DNA from: Eledone cirrhosa
Lineage: Eukaryota
Assembly (NCBI GenBank): GCA_964016885.1
Contig: OZ024755.1
Span: 10,912,001 to 10,976,000 of the forward strand
Reading direction: 5' to 3'
DNA: 64,000 nt
The translations under genes and the position numbers were made by a program. Below are positions 26,439-41,900 of the stretch, one piece after another (position 1 is the stretch's first letter; the number at the start of each line of letters is the position of its first letter). Below the pieces are notes generated by a model that did not search any database, had not been told where the DNA came from, and was given only the letters and a program-made list of their open reading frames with translations.

Positions 26439-26714
26439 AATATTTGTAATACATATATATATATACCCACTTACTGGTTTTGGTATGCCATGTAAAGTCT
26501 GCATATTTTTCAGATTCTATTCCGTGTCTATTCTCTTCTTCATTTCATAATATGTTTCATTTTGTTTGCGTGAACATCAGCAGGATGTGTATATTGCTTC
26601 TTCTGTTTCTCCTACATTTGACGTTTTAATGTTTGTTTCCCCACTCAGCAATATACATTCTGTGAACATTAACTACCTTTGTTATTTTGACATCTTAAAT
26701 TCAGTGAATTCGCA

Positions 26715-27075
26715 GCGGTTTGACAAAGATTGTTGGATTGACAGAGGGCGACGCTTTTGCAAAGGGTGATGGATTCGCAAATGATATTGGTTTGGCAATG
26801 TTGTATTGGCAAAAGGTAGTTGATTGGCAAAAGGGTTGGGATTGGCAAAGAGTGGTTGTTCGACAGTGTGTGTGGCTGGATAGGCAAAGGTCGATAGTTT
26901 AAGATGTTACGTGTGAGGTGGATTGCCAACGGATGGTTGTTTGACAGGGTACTGGGGGTTGACATGGTGTGGAAGTGGATTTATGGTGGTTTGGCAGGGG
27001 TTAGGGTGTACTAGCCAAGGACGATGATTGACAGGATTTGGAGGAGGATGGCAAAGGGTGGTGGATTGATAGGGT
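26715..27075. repeat. Degenerate short-period minisatellite
   Basis: Recurrent GATTGGCAAA/GATTGACAG/GGGT units about every 20 bp. Confidence 0.6.
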
Positions 27076-27169
27076 GCAGGGGGCGTCGGGGCGAAGAGTG
27101 TTTTTTTTTTATAGAATCATTACATCAAAAAATTACTTTGTACTATTTCTTCCGGTTCTTTATATTTTG

Positions 27170-27285
27170 ACTTAAAATTTCATCGCATTCAACTTCACCT
27201 TTCATGCTTCCGTGGGTCAGCGATAAAATAATGTACCAGTCACCTACTGAGGTTGAAATAATTGACTTTCTCCTAGAGAATATAT
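27170..27285 (+). mobile_element. SINE family A, decayed
   Basis: AACTTCACCTTTCATGCTTCC...CGATAAAATAATGTACCAGT. Confidence 0.65.
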
Positions 27286-27752
27286 GTTTCGTAGAATTTT
27301 TAGGAATCCGATGAACTACTTTCTAGTACTTCTTTCAACTCTTTTATATTCTGGATTCAAATATAACTGAGATCAACTTAACTTTCCATCTTCCCGGTTT
27401 GACGAAGTATTAAAATATAGTATCAAGACCACACTGGAACCAACGTTATTATAATTGAGCTCCCCTTCTAAAAAAAGCTTGAAAACAAATTCGAGGCTGC
27501 TATTTTTGACATCCACAATTTAGCTGGCTTTCATTTCAACATTGCTTAATATTATTTGTCGATGATCATCCCTCTTAAAGGTTTTGACAGAAATCATCGA
27601 AAGCAAATGAAAATAACATGAAGCAACTGCGTAGCTTTTAACATTCTGATCCTCAATTATAGCTATTAGGGTAAATACGCTCATAGCGTGAAACACGTAT
27701 TTAGATTTCAGTTGAACGTTGATGGGCTTTACCAATAGTATATACATTTGCC

Positions 27753-27783
<31 letters not shown>

Positions 27784-27789
27784 ATATTA

Positions 27790-27836
<47 letters not shown>

Positions 27837-27851
27837 TTATATCTTTATATA

Positions 27852-27907
<56 letters not shown>

Positions 27908-28140
27908 GTAATATATGTGTGTATATATATATATATATACATCATATATATATTATATATGTATACATATGTGTGTGTATATATATATATATATATATCA
28001 TATATATATATTATATATGTATATATATGTATATATATATATATACATATACATGATATATATATATGTGTATATATATATACATTATATATATACATTA
28101 TATATATATATACATTATATACATATATATACATATAATG

Positions 28141-28176
<36 letters not shown>

Positions 28177-28247
28177 ATATATTATATATATATATGTGTG
28201 TATATATATATATATATATACACACATATATATACATTATATGTATA

Positions 28248-28288
<41 letters not shown>

Positions 28289-28573
28289 GTGTGTGTGAGT
28301 GTGACGATATTAAAATTATATGGAGTATGTGAAATACCTATTTCAAGTTTCTTATATACAATTCTTCTTTGCATTCTATAGCTCCACCTTATCATAGAAT
28401 GATTTGATGCCACGATACAAGAGGTAATTACGTTGTATAGTTAGATGACCATTATAACCTCATAGATATGTATGCACGCATGTGTGTGTGTGTTTGAATG
28501 TATATACATGTATTTATATGTATGTATGTATATATGTATATATATACATATATATATATGTGTGTGTGTATTA

Positions 28574-28609
<36 letters not shown>

Positions 28610-28773
28610 TCATATATCGTAATACACGTGTGTGTTTATATGTTAAATGTATATATGAATACATGTAATGTAAATACGAGAGCAATAAGGAGAAAAATAA
28701 CTCCATTAATCCATTTAAAAGCATCGTACATTACCCAGGGAATAATGATATGTAGGTTTGATGAGTGACATGA

Positions 28774-29513
28774 ACATCTTATTTAATGCAGCATCTTCCT
28801 TCATACACGATGTTAGAGAAATTCTCTGCGTGTGGTGTCATGTCACTTTTTCTGCTTTGCGGTGAACAGAGACTGGTTTAACATTTATCATTACAGGGTG
28901 ATACATTGGCAGATCATTAGTGCGTCAGATGATATGTATTCTAGTAACTAGTTAAGCGAACAGGGTTGATAAAATAATGTACCAGTACAGTACTAGGTTC
29001 GGTATAATCGACTTCGCCTTTCCTCACAAAGTTACTAGATTGTGTCTAAAGTTCAAATCCTGCCGAGGTCAAATTTGCCTTTCCTTCTTTTGAGTTTAGA
29101 TAAAATAAAGTACTTGTCATATACTGGTGTAGATGTAATTGATATGCGACACACTGCGTAATAAGACTAGAATTTTGCATTAAAAGTATAACTCATTTTT
29201 CCAGCTGAGTAGACTGGGTCGATAAATTAAATACCGTATCTGTGCGTTTTTAGTTGAAATACCGCTTACTTCTGTTAGGACTTTCGCCCGGGATTTACTA
29301 TCAACAACGGAATCACCAATGGAAACATAAGTTCCTGGGTCCGATCTGATGTTTAGCTCCTTTTTTTTTATTTTCTGAATGTGAATTCTTTTTTTTGTGT
29401 GTGTGTGGTTCTAATGAGTGGCTTAAACATCTTATTTAATGCAGCATCTTCCTTTATCACGATCTCAGAGAAATTCTCTGCGTGTGGTGCGGTGTCAGTT
29501 TTTTTCTTCTGCT
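28774..29513. repeat. Dispersed direct duplication of about 85 bp, separated by SINE fragments
   Basis: AACATCTTATTTAATGCAGCATCTTCC...AGAGAAATTCTCTGCGTGTGGTG at about 28774 and 29427. Confidence 0.85.
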
Positions 29514-29794
29514 TAGCCAATTACACGTTAATTTCACGTGCAGGCAGCTGCGTTCATTGAATTAACTGGAGCACCCGTTGTCAGAAATGACGGAGAGCCT
29601 TTATTCATCCATCCATTTTTTTTTTTGTTCATATTCTTCAAATTACTCTATTATTTTTCTGAATCATATTTCATCATTCTAATTAATCCGATTGGTTCCT
29701 TTTCATTGATATCATCAGTGGTAACGGTGTAAACCTGATGAATGTTATCATGTTTAGCCAATTAGACTTACTCTATATCACAAAATGTGAATAC

Positions 29795-30115
29795 ACATAG
29801 CTTGGTATCTAGGGTTTTCGGCTCACGATCGTAAAGTCGTGATTTCGATTCACGGGCTAGAAGGCGCATTGTGTCCTGGAGCAAGACCCTTTATTTGACG
29901 TTTCTTCAGTCAACCTAACTAAGAATAAAAAAAGACCTCTATCTGTAATTCTAAAAAGCCAGTTCAGTCACACTTTTTGTGGCGATGAATCTCGCTGAGA
30001 GTTATGTTAGGGGAGCACGTGTCTGTGGTATGCTCAACCAATTACACGTAATTTCACACACAGGATGTTCCATTGATTGAATTAACAGGAGCACTCTTTG
30101 TCGGAAACGACAGAG
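29795..30115 (+). mobile_element. SINE family B, near full length
   Basis: Head with TTCGATTC B box, TTGTGTCCTGGAGCAAGA centre, tail to GTCGGAAACGAC shared with 45600-45720. Confidence 0.75.
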
Positions 30116-30749
30116 GGCCTTCATATACACAAAATATACACGCTACATTCACAAGTACATCTACAGTCCAATCTGTTTAAAAAGTCATTAACAAAGAAAT
30201 TTACTTCATATATTATTTATCAGCCACAGATTGAAAACATCGAATTTTGCCGTAATTTTGGCTTTCAAATATATTGTTTAGACATTTTAACAAAACGATT
30301 AGCATTCTTTTAGAAATGCATCGTATCAATTATTTATAGAATGTGTGTATATGTTTGTCTGTCTGCGTGGGTGTACGTATGGGTGAGTGTTTGTGTATGT
30401 CTGTGTGTGCGTGTGTGTATGTGAATGTGAGTGTGGGTACGTGTATGTACGTATGTATGTGTGTCCGGGTGTGTTTATTTCTAGTAACTCAGAGATTCAC
30501 TCGGTGGTTCGTATAATGTCGACAGGATGTGGTAGTTGTTTTTGATGTTGTCGCTGCTGTAGTTGTTGTTGAAGTTGCTGCTGTTGTTGTCGTCGTCGTC
30601 GTTGTTGTTATTACTGTGGTCGATGGTTTTATGCTGTTATTTGGCTCCAGCCCAACCCAGATTGAACAGACTTATCCTCAAAACCATTTCAGTCGGGACC
30701 ATCCCGTCATTATAATGTTATCTATGATTATGTTATATAGTGTGTGGAC

Positions 30750-30900
30750 GCAGGCATAGCTAAGTGGTTAAAAATTTAGCTATGCAATCATGAAGTCCCA
30801 GGTTCGATCCTACTGTGTAACATCTTCACCAAAGCCTCGAGTGAACCCTAGCCTTATGGGTGAGATCAGTTTGACACAAACGGTATGGAAGCTCGTCAGA
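30750..30900 (+). mobile_element. SINE family C
   Basis: GCAGGCATAGCTAAGTGGTTAA A box and GGTTCGATCC B box; related reversed copies at 10560 and 34980. Confidence 0.6.
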
Positions 30901-33201
30901 TTTTTCACTTTTATTTTCCACTAGTGTTAGCTTAAGTAACCTGAAATGAAATGTCTAGCTAAAGAACACAACGTACCGTAGAGAATCGAACTTACTACCT
31001 TATGATAATGAGCGAACACCTTAAGCACTCGACCAGGGACATTTAAGAATGATGTAAAATGTAATTAAACAATGAAGCATGTCTGTACGTATACACCAGC
31101 CCTCCCCACGCACGGCAACATTTCAATGGAGCCTGTCATTAATTTCTCCAGCAGTAATGAAGACACGTGGTTAGTTTAGTTTACTCCTAATGATTTATAA
31201 CTAACGTCTGTATAATTGGAGATCGCCGTCACTGCACCACCACCACCACCACCACTTACTACAACACATGGACGTGAAACACACCGCCATCAAACATCCA
31301 CCACCCGCCACTCACAGGAACATACTGGTTCCATTTCACCGTGGAATAGATTTCAGTGGTGAGGGCTGTAGTGGTGATGGTAGTGATGCTCATGCTGATG
31401 ATGATGATCATAGTAATGATGATGAATCAGGTGGAGTTGATGGTGTTGACGATGGTGATCATGAACATGATGATTATCATCATTATATCATTATCATCAT
31501 CATCATCATCTTCAATCATATCATAATGATGATATTGGTGATGATGATGATTGCGATAAACGTGATAACATCTGTTATTACTTCATCATCTTGATAATAA
31601 TTAATGATCATATGTGTATGTGTGTGTGTGTGTGTGCACGAGCGTATAATGTGCATATATATATACACAGACACACACACATACACACACATATTTATAT
31701 ATATATAAATATATATATGGGTAGCAGTGTAAAGTACATATATATTTGCATGCATGTATGAAATGTATGCATATTTCCTCTCCAACCAAAAGTCGTTTTA
31801 CAGATGTTCAAAATAAGTGAATATCAGGCGCATCGATTACACTAGGCTGGGGTGAGCATGCAAAGATACTATAGACATAACTACTCCCACCATCACTACC
31901 AGCACCACAAACACCGCCACCTGTGCCATCGCCTACTATATGTAGCTAACAGAGAATATATATACAAAGAGTATATAGGAGTATAAAACTAGAAGTATAT
32001 CTCACAGTGAAATATCATCGTGGTGGCATGGAGGAAGATATGCACCTTAGGAACGGTGTTACATTTCGATGATGAATTTGTCGTTGGTTCATGTTTTGAC
32101 TCCTATCCATTAACTGTGGTTTGTAATTACAACTATTACATTGGTGTACACGTTGTAGTAAATTTAATCTGGATGACTTTGATGGAAGACATTTGTTTGG
32201 GTATGACTACATCACGACCCCATCTTACGTAGTTTTAAACAAATGCATTTTGTCTGGCGCTCTATCCTCATTTTTAGACTTGATTTGATGGAGCTTTAGC
32301 TGCTATATGAAGCTAGATCAAAGGCCAACGTAGAAGCTCAGTTGTTGGCTCAATCTTCACTACTGTTTTCTATTAAGTCAGGTTTAGTCAGCTAATTAAG
32401 CTGGGGTTAAGTACCTCAACTATATATAACATGTTGATCTCGAGCATTGACACGGGGCCACTTATATCGAGCTTATTATATCGATCCAATAATTTTCACT
32501 TGCATATATTTTATTGACTAGAAAAGACTGAATGGGCGAAGTATATCCTGACAGGATTTTCCATTAATATTTTAAAGGGACGTAACTAAATGCTGCAAGA
32601 TAGTTTTTCAACCGATTTACCGACCGATCTTGATAATTTACAGGTCTGGTTCTACACACATAACTATGTACACATTCAGAGGTCTTCCGACATGGAAAGG
32701 GATGGAAGCTCCAGTAGGTTTAAATTAGCATGGCACGCTATCTGACACAGCGGCTCCCCTGAGTTTCCAGCAGAAATTAAGGCTCGATGGCCGAAAGTAT
32801 GGATCGATCGAAATTTGGACGGATTTACAGGCGGACAAACTTTATAGATTTATAAAAAAAAAAAGACATATGGGGATAGATAAAATAAAGTACCAATGAC
32901 GTACTGGAGTCGATTTAATCGACTTCCTCTCCCCTAAACTTGTTGGCCTTGTGTCTAAATCAGAAGCCATTATAGAACAATATTCGTCTTGGTGTTTTAC
33001 AACTTTCATCTGAGGTGTAAATAAGGGGAACCTGTATATAGAAGAGAAGTTAGGATGAGAGGGGGGCACAGTGACATGTTGATTGATAAGATTAACGTTA
33101 TATAGTTATAAATAATGTGAGCTGTTGGTTCACAATGTCGTTATACACCTAATCGTTAATAAACAGTGATGAATGGTGTGTACCTAGGGTAAAGTAGCGT
33201 A

Positions 33202-33260
<59 letters not shown>

Positions 33261-33393
33261 GTATAATATTTCATTCAACCGATGCTAGTATTGAAAACAG
33301 ATCTAGAACGATGATAATAATGATAAGTATATATATGCATGTGTCTATATATGTATACATATAATTTATGTATGTATACATAACATATGTATG

Positions 33394-33429
<36 letters not shown>

Positions 33430-33463
33430 CCATGCATATATACATGCATATATATATATATTC

Positions 33464-33564
<101 letters not shown>

Positions 33565-34853
33565 GATAAGTAAACGGTCATTATAGAGCTGTGATTGACA
33601 AGTTAATTCTGCCGTCATGCACAGGAGAGTGAACAAACAGCATGCGTGGCAACTAATCGGGTGGAAGGAAGTTCATCATTTAATTCTTTATTCTTTTTTT
33701 TTTTTTTCATGGACATTTACAATAAGAGGGCAACGGGCTAATACTTGTCGAGGAAACATTGTCAAGCCCGGAGGACGAAACCTAAACACAAGCACACATA
33801 GAAATACACAACGACATACACATGAGGTTCTATGTGAGTGTGCGTTTTTGTATATGTACATGTGTGTGTCTTAGTCTGTCTGTATGTCTTTGTCTGTGTG
33901 TATATGTGTTAGGTGTGCAGATTAACTCTGCGTGTGTGCATGTGTATGCGTGTGTTCAGGTATGTGTGTGTGTCTGTATAATTGTATATGTGTGCATCAG
34001 TTTGGCGTATGTGTCCCTGTATTATGTGTGTGTGTGTGTGTGTATCAGTGAATGTGTGTTTGTATGCGTTAGTATGTGTGTGTGTATGTTTGTGTGTATG
34101 TGTATATGCCTACCTATCTGTGTGTGTTTATACCTGTCTGTGCGCATGCGTCTATGTGTATGTGTCTGTGTGTATGATTGTATTTTTGTATGTGTGTGTG
34201 TCTGTGTGCCTGTATAGATTCTGCGATGAGTTATACAATATCAAAAGCTAGCAAACTCTAAAGTAGACGATGTTTGTGCAAAAACTGTATTTTTTGGAGT
34301 TCCAATTGTCTAGCGTGTGACTTTATTTGAGTGGTGTAACTAAAATAATTACATTAAGCTGGAGACGTTTTAACCATTCAAACAGACGCACAAAAGCTGC
34401 TGAATTCATTTTACAGTTATCATTTATGTTTTGGTCACTGACACAAGTTCCACAGCAATCCATTTGAGATGCAGTAGAACTGTGTATTTGACCAGGTCAC
34501 CAACAGTGCGACAGAAATTTTGACAGCAAGTAATAAATGATAATATAACAGCTTTTGTGTGTATTATTGAATGTCTAAAATAACTCTTCTACGATGTAAT
34601 AGCTATAGTTTTGTTTGATTAAAAATATCAGTGTTCTATATTCGCATCCAATATTTAAAGTATGCTCCTTCCCACCACGCACAGACTCCATCAGTCTTCC
34701 TGACGAAGGCAGTGATGTGATCTATAGTATCCTGACTAATAATATGAAATTACATAACTACTATCGATTAGTCACTATATCGATTTATCTGGATCGATCA
34801 AACTACGGAAACGATTATAAATCAATTAACTGATTAAACATTAAATTTCGCCT

Positions 34854-34935
34854 CGAATGAAACTGTTCTAGTCCTGTAGAAGTCATTTGAATACCTTTTT
34901 TATGTGGTTACCCGCCGACACAACTAAAGAATCGA
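34854..34935 (+). mobile_element. PLE-like tail fragment, same family as 12198-12321
   Basis: CGAATGAAACTGTTCTAGTCCTGTAGAAG...TTGAATACC...TGTGGTTACC aligns to the minus strand of the 12.2-kb insert. Confidence 0.7.
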
Positions 34936-35479
34936 CACATTATGTATATCTATATATATAGATATATATATATAAACATACGACGAGCATTTGCAGAATC
35001 CGCCAGCCAAATTTCTCTTACTAGGCATCGTCGGCCAAACAAAGGCACTTTCACAAGACACTTTTCCTAGTTGCTCCACATTATGATTGAACAGAGAAAC
35101 TCTTAGTTAGTTCCGAAGCGAATGTTTTAAACACATAGACATGTATATGTGCGAGCCATAACATTTTTTTTTTTATGCTTGTAGTAAAGGGAGACAAATG
35201 TTTTAAAATGTATTCGTATTAGGGTTTTTTCGTCTTTGTGCTGTTTTTCTTTTAAGAAATGTTGTTTGATTGGAATATGATTGGTAATATGAAGTCTACT
35301 AGATTACAAGAGCAGAAAGGGTCAAAGAAAAACATGGAGATGGAATTGTTAATCGATAGCTCATCGATATACAATCTCAGTTAGCAATTAGTATCCATCC
35401 TGCATATTTAGTTCTGATATTGAATACCTTATCTAGTAGAACGTGCTGACAGGCAACATCGATCATCAAAAATACTAGC

Positions 35480-35513
<34 letters not shown>

Positions 35514-35651
35514 ATTATAGATAGATAGATATGGATAAATATATGTGTGTATGTAATGTGTGTTTGCGTGTGTGTTTTTAAACACACATTTACGTATATA
35601 TCACTTCACAAGTTTTTAGTTCAATAAATGGAAAATGTGTGTGAGTGTATA

Positions 35652-35731
<80 letters not shown>

Positions 35732-35734
35732 TAT

Positions 35735-35830
35735 GGCCTTTAGACTCACCTGATCAATGAAACAATTGTTAATAGTTGAAATAAAGCCCCTTGTTGTACA
35801 GCCGACCATGTTATTCTTCAATCTTTCACT
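35735..35830 (+). mobile_element. TA-embedded fragment; family shared with 7814-7860
   Basis: AGCCCCTT.TTGTACAGCC.ACCATGTTA.TCTTCA.TCTTTCACTATATA at both loci with the same end; GAAA-CAATTG-TT at 35759-35770. Confidence 0.7.
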
Positions 35831-35844
35831 ATATATATATATAT

Positions 35845-36728
<884 letters not shown>

Positions 36729-37012
36729 CTCTCTCTCTCTCTCTCTCATCTTTATATAACTCTATGTCGAGAAATGTATTACCTTTTTGCACCATTGAAA
36801 GCTTTGAAACCGGCTCAAATGATTCGACTAATGTCTGCCTTATAGCAGCTTCAGCTACAATGTAAACTTTACGCGCACACACACCTATATATGTATATGT
36901 GTGTGTATGTGGCTATATATATATACACACACACACACATACAAACACGTATGCATGTATCATTTTCTCTCTATCTCTTTACTCTCTCACCTATCTCGCT
37001 TTCTCTCTTGCT

Positions 37013-37061
<49 letters not shown>

Positions 37062-37156
37062 TATATATATAAATATATATATAAATAAATAAATATATAT
37101 ATATATATAAATATATATATATATAAATAAATATATATAAATATATATATATATAA

Positions 37157-37207
<51 letters not shown>

Positions 37208-37740
37208 TATATAAATATATATATATATAAATAAATATATATATATATAAATAAATATATATATATATATATATATATATGGGTTTGGGTGTTTATACCT
37301 CTATATGTACACACATGAATCGATAAGGCTTCAAGTACTTATTTTTCTGCAGTATTCAATAATCAGAGGACATTGACAAGCCGTACGAAACTCCTTCTAT
37401 AACACGATATGTAAATAACAGCAACATCACATATAGCAGATATATCTGAGATATAAGAGATATTAGATATTTATGTATTTACAAATATCAGATATATCTA
37501 TCTTCTGTTCGGCTGTTGATATCCAGAAATATATAAATGGACAATAGACATGGCGTATCGATGATTTCGGTGAAGAATGTACTTGAAGGTGTCACGTTCA
37601 TAAAACTTTCCGAAAATTAATGAAACAACTCCACCCGAACAAACAGATACCAAGAAACACATACACATTCACACACACAGACACACACACACATACACAC
37701 GCACGCACACACGCACACACACACACTCACACAAACATGC

Positions 37741-38163
<423 letters not shown>

Positions 38164-38493
38164 ATCATATTTGTTGAAGATATGTCCGATTCTTAGGATT
38201 GACAGAATTGTTGAAACCTTGGACGAAATGCTTTGTGGTTTTCAGTTATGATCTTTACGTTCTGTTTTCAAATACCGTTGAGGGTGAACTGTGTTTTTTA
38301 TCCTTCCGGGTTAGATAAGGTAAAACACTAGTCAAGTACTGTAGTTAAATTAAACTACCAGTTAAATAATTGGGCCGATTAAATAAATTACTGGTCAAGA
38401 ATTGATCTTTTTTTATAAACTAAGGATTGGTCAAACCAAGATTATGGTGCAAGAAGTGTGTGTGTGTGTGTGTCAGAGTGAGAGAGAGGGAAA

Positions 38494-38556
<63 letters not shown>

Positions 38557-39580
38557 CGTGTGCGTGTGTGTGTGTGTGTGTAAGGTAACAGAATATGTTT
38601 CTAAGCATTCTATTTCATATATTCTAATTACTTGTGGTATTATATATCAACAGATTTCATTTCGAACACGTGTGATAACGATTATGATGATGATGATGAT
38701 GATGATGATTATAATGATGAAAATGATGATGATGATGATTATAATGATGAAAATGATGATTATGATGAGAGATGGTGATGATGATGATGATGATATTGTT
38801 ATTGTGTTGATTGTGATGATGATAATGATGGGAGTGTTTGATGATTATGGTGATAGGGATGATGATGACTGTAGCTGATGGTGATGGTGATGATTGATGG
38901 TTGATTGCTTAGCTTGTAGTCGAGTTGAGGATTTATAACAGTGAATAGATAAGATTATTGATTGTAGGAAAGTTAGTGGAGATGATGATGGCGGTGGTCA
39001 GGATGATGAGGGTGATGGTGATGATGGTCTTGATGTTGATGTTGGTTGTGTTAGTGATGGTGATGATGTTGGTGGCGTCGGTGATGGTGATGATGGTCTT
39101 GGTGTTGATGTTGGTTGTGTTAGTGATGGTGATGATGTTGGTGGCGTCGGTGATGGTTTATGATGTTGGTGGTCTTGGTGATGATGATGATGATGATGAT
39201 GGTCCTGGTGTTGGTGATGATGATGATGGTTCCGGTGTTGGTGATGGTGTTGATGTTGGTAGTGTTGGTGATGGCGATGATGTTGGCGGTGTCTGTGATG
39301 GCGATGATGATGGCGATGGTAGTGATGATGGTGATGACGCGGGTGATGATGACGATGATGATGATTGTCATGACAATGATGGTTGTGATGGTGTTGAAGA
39401 TAATGATTTGTGGTTGTGGTGGCTGTGGAGGTAGTGTTAGGGTGTCTGTGGTAGTGGGAGGAGGTTGTTTTTAACCATGTGTTTGCCCTAATCATACACA
39501 CCTATGAACAACCTCATAGTTGGTGGTGGTTTTCTTGGTAGGTGTGGTGGTCGTAATGACGACGACCATTATTGTCTTAA

Positions 39581-39767
39581 GGGCGGTGGATTGGCAGTAT
39601 TGGTAGAGGGTCGGACGCCATGCTTTGTAGCACAGTTACGTCCCTTTATGAACTGAGTTCAAATCCGGCCGAGGTTAACTTTGCCTTTCATCCTTGCGGG
39701 GTCGATAAAATAAAGTACCAGTAATACACTGGGATAATTGCTGGCCTTGTGCCAAAAAGTAGAAACA
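39581..39767 (+). mobile_element. SINE family A, first of a tandem pair
   Basis: Full head, centre and tail; flanked by ATTATTGTCTTAA at 39568 and 39768. Confidence 0.92.
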
Positions 39768-39780
39768 ATTATTGTCTTAA

Positions 39781-39965
39781 TGGTGGATTGGCAGTATTGG
39801 TAGAGGGTCAGACGCCATGCTTTGTAGCATAGAGTTCCACCCCTTTACGGTCTGAGTTCAAATCCCACCGAGGTTAACTTTGCCTTTCATCCTCACGGGG
39901 TCGATAAAATAAAGTACCAGTAATACACTAGGATAATTGCTGGCCTTGTGCCAAAAGTAGAAACA
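39781..39965 (+). mobile_element. SINE family A, second of a tandem pair
   Basis: Slightly 5'-truncated; flanked by ATTATTGTCTTAA at 39768 and 39966. Confidence 0.92.
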
Positions 39966-40546
39966 ATTATTGTCTTAATGATGGTACTTGGTGGTAATTG
40001 TTGAAAGTAAAGTGTGCGTGATGTTGTGTGGTGGTAGCTACGGTTGAGGTTGTTGCCAGGGTGATTGTGGTGGCGGTAGTGGCGGGTGGGGGAGAGTTCA
40101 GGCGTATCGATGATGATCGAACTGGTGTGAGATATTGAGAATTCCTGTCGTCTTTGTCAACATCTTTGTAAACGTATTGACTAACTTATTTCATACATAC
40201 ATGATAACATCTTAAACCTGTATGAATCTGTGTGTGACTGTATGTATGTACGGAAATGTATATGTGTGAATGTAAAATAGTAGGTGAATGTGTGTATATG
40301 AATTTATCTAAGCTTGCATGTATGTTTGCATATATGAATGAATGTGTATATGTGTGTGAATGAATGTGTATGAATTTATCAATGCACGCATGTGTATGTA
40401 TATGTGTGTATGTGAGTTAGATGTATGCATATATCTGTACATGCAAGTATTATGTGTATATGTGTGTGTTTGTGTTTCTGTTCGTTCGCATGTGTATCAC
40501 TAAGAACGCGATTACGTATGTGTGTGAGAGAGAAAAATATTGTGCC

Positions 40547-40651
<105 letters not shown>

Positions 40652-41567
40652 AAGATTGTGTGTTTGTGTTACAGCGAGGTGGCGTTTGAAGCTGAACATG
40701 AGCTGAGTTTACCTTGAACTTACCAACAGGAAATTAACAGTAATCCTCAGCTATACAGTTACCTTAATCCCAATGTCACCTGGTGTCACGTTTGCTACCG
40801 GAGATGAGAAATATTTCTTGCGATCATTGCTGCGATCGTTAGGTCGTATTCCATTGCACTTTTAATTAAATAATTAATTAATCAAAAGTGCAGCTCAACT
40901 TTAGACGAACACACTGAACAGATTTAACAGAGTTAACAGAGTTTAACAGGGTTAACAGAGTACCACCGTTAATCTGCTGCTAGGATTTCCCTGCAAAACA
41001 AAACTTCGAGAATAATGTTTATGTTCTAAATGTTCAAGTCAGTTACACGTCACTGATACTCTCATGGAATGACTAAAACATGTTTATGTTTCAACATAGC
41101 CCCTTGAAAGAAACAATTGAGTTATTAATAAGAAGAGTTGAAATTGATGCATGCAAGATTTCACAGCTCTAGCATCACGCCATCATAGTCAACTTATGAA
41201 CTTTTCAGCCGACACTCGTATATCTCGGACTACATTATCTGATGTGATTTTTGTATAAAGAACGGTAGAATGCTATCTGGCAGAATTTTAGTGGTGTATC
41301 TAATACGACGAGTTATTTCTTGTCTTCTCGTCACTATGAAACTGGAATGTCTGTAGATAATTTAGAGTTATGTTTGATTGATGGAGTTAAAAGTTTTGAC
41401 CTGTCCGCAGAGGGCCAACTCGATTGACCACTTACTGATGTAAAAACACAAGGGAATTCAATGGAGGTTGCATTAAATACGAAAGTTGAGACATTTTATA
41501 TTATTCATGTAAACTGTAGTATTTTCCACTTATTGATCTTACGTATGTGTATATGTATGTATGTATG

Positions 41568-41690
<123 letters not shown>

Positions 41691-41843
41691 ATGTGTGTGT
41701 ATGAACAAAATATGTATAGAGAGAGGGGGAGGTGAGAGATGTCTTCTAATCAATATATTTATTCTATTATGCGTTTCGACTTTTGATTTGCCAGGATATC
41801 ATTCTTAGTATAATAGCTTTTCATCTCACACATACATACATAT

Positions 41844-41900
<57 letters not shown>

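Noticed and set aside
29695-29722. CTGATGA-tatcaat-GAAA on minus as a hammerhead
   Set aside because: Stem II cannot form and stems I and III are absent
34690-34835. CTGACGA followed by hairpins and GAAA as a long hammerhead
   Set aside because: Local pairings exist (TGACTAAT/ATTAGTCA) but the three stems cannot be closed consistently
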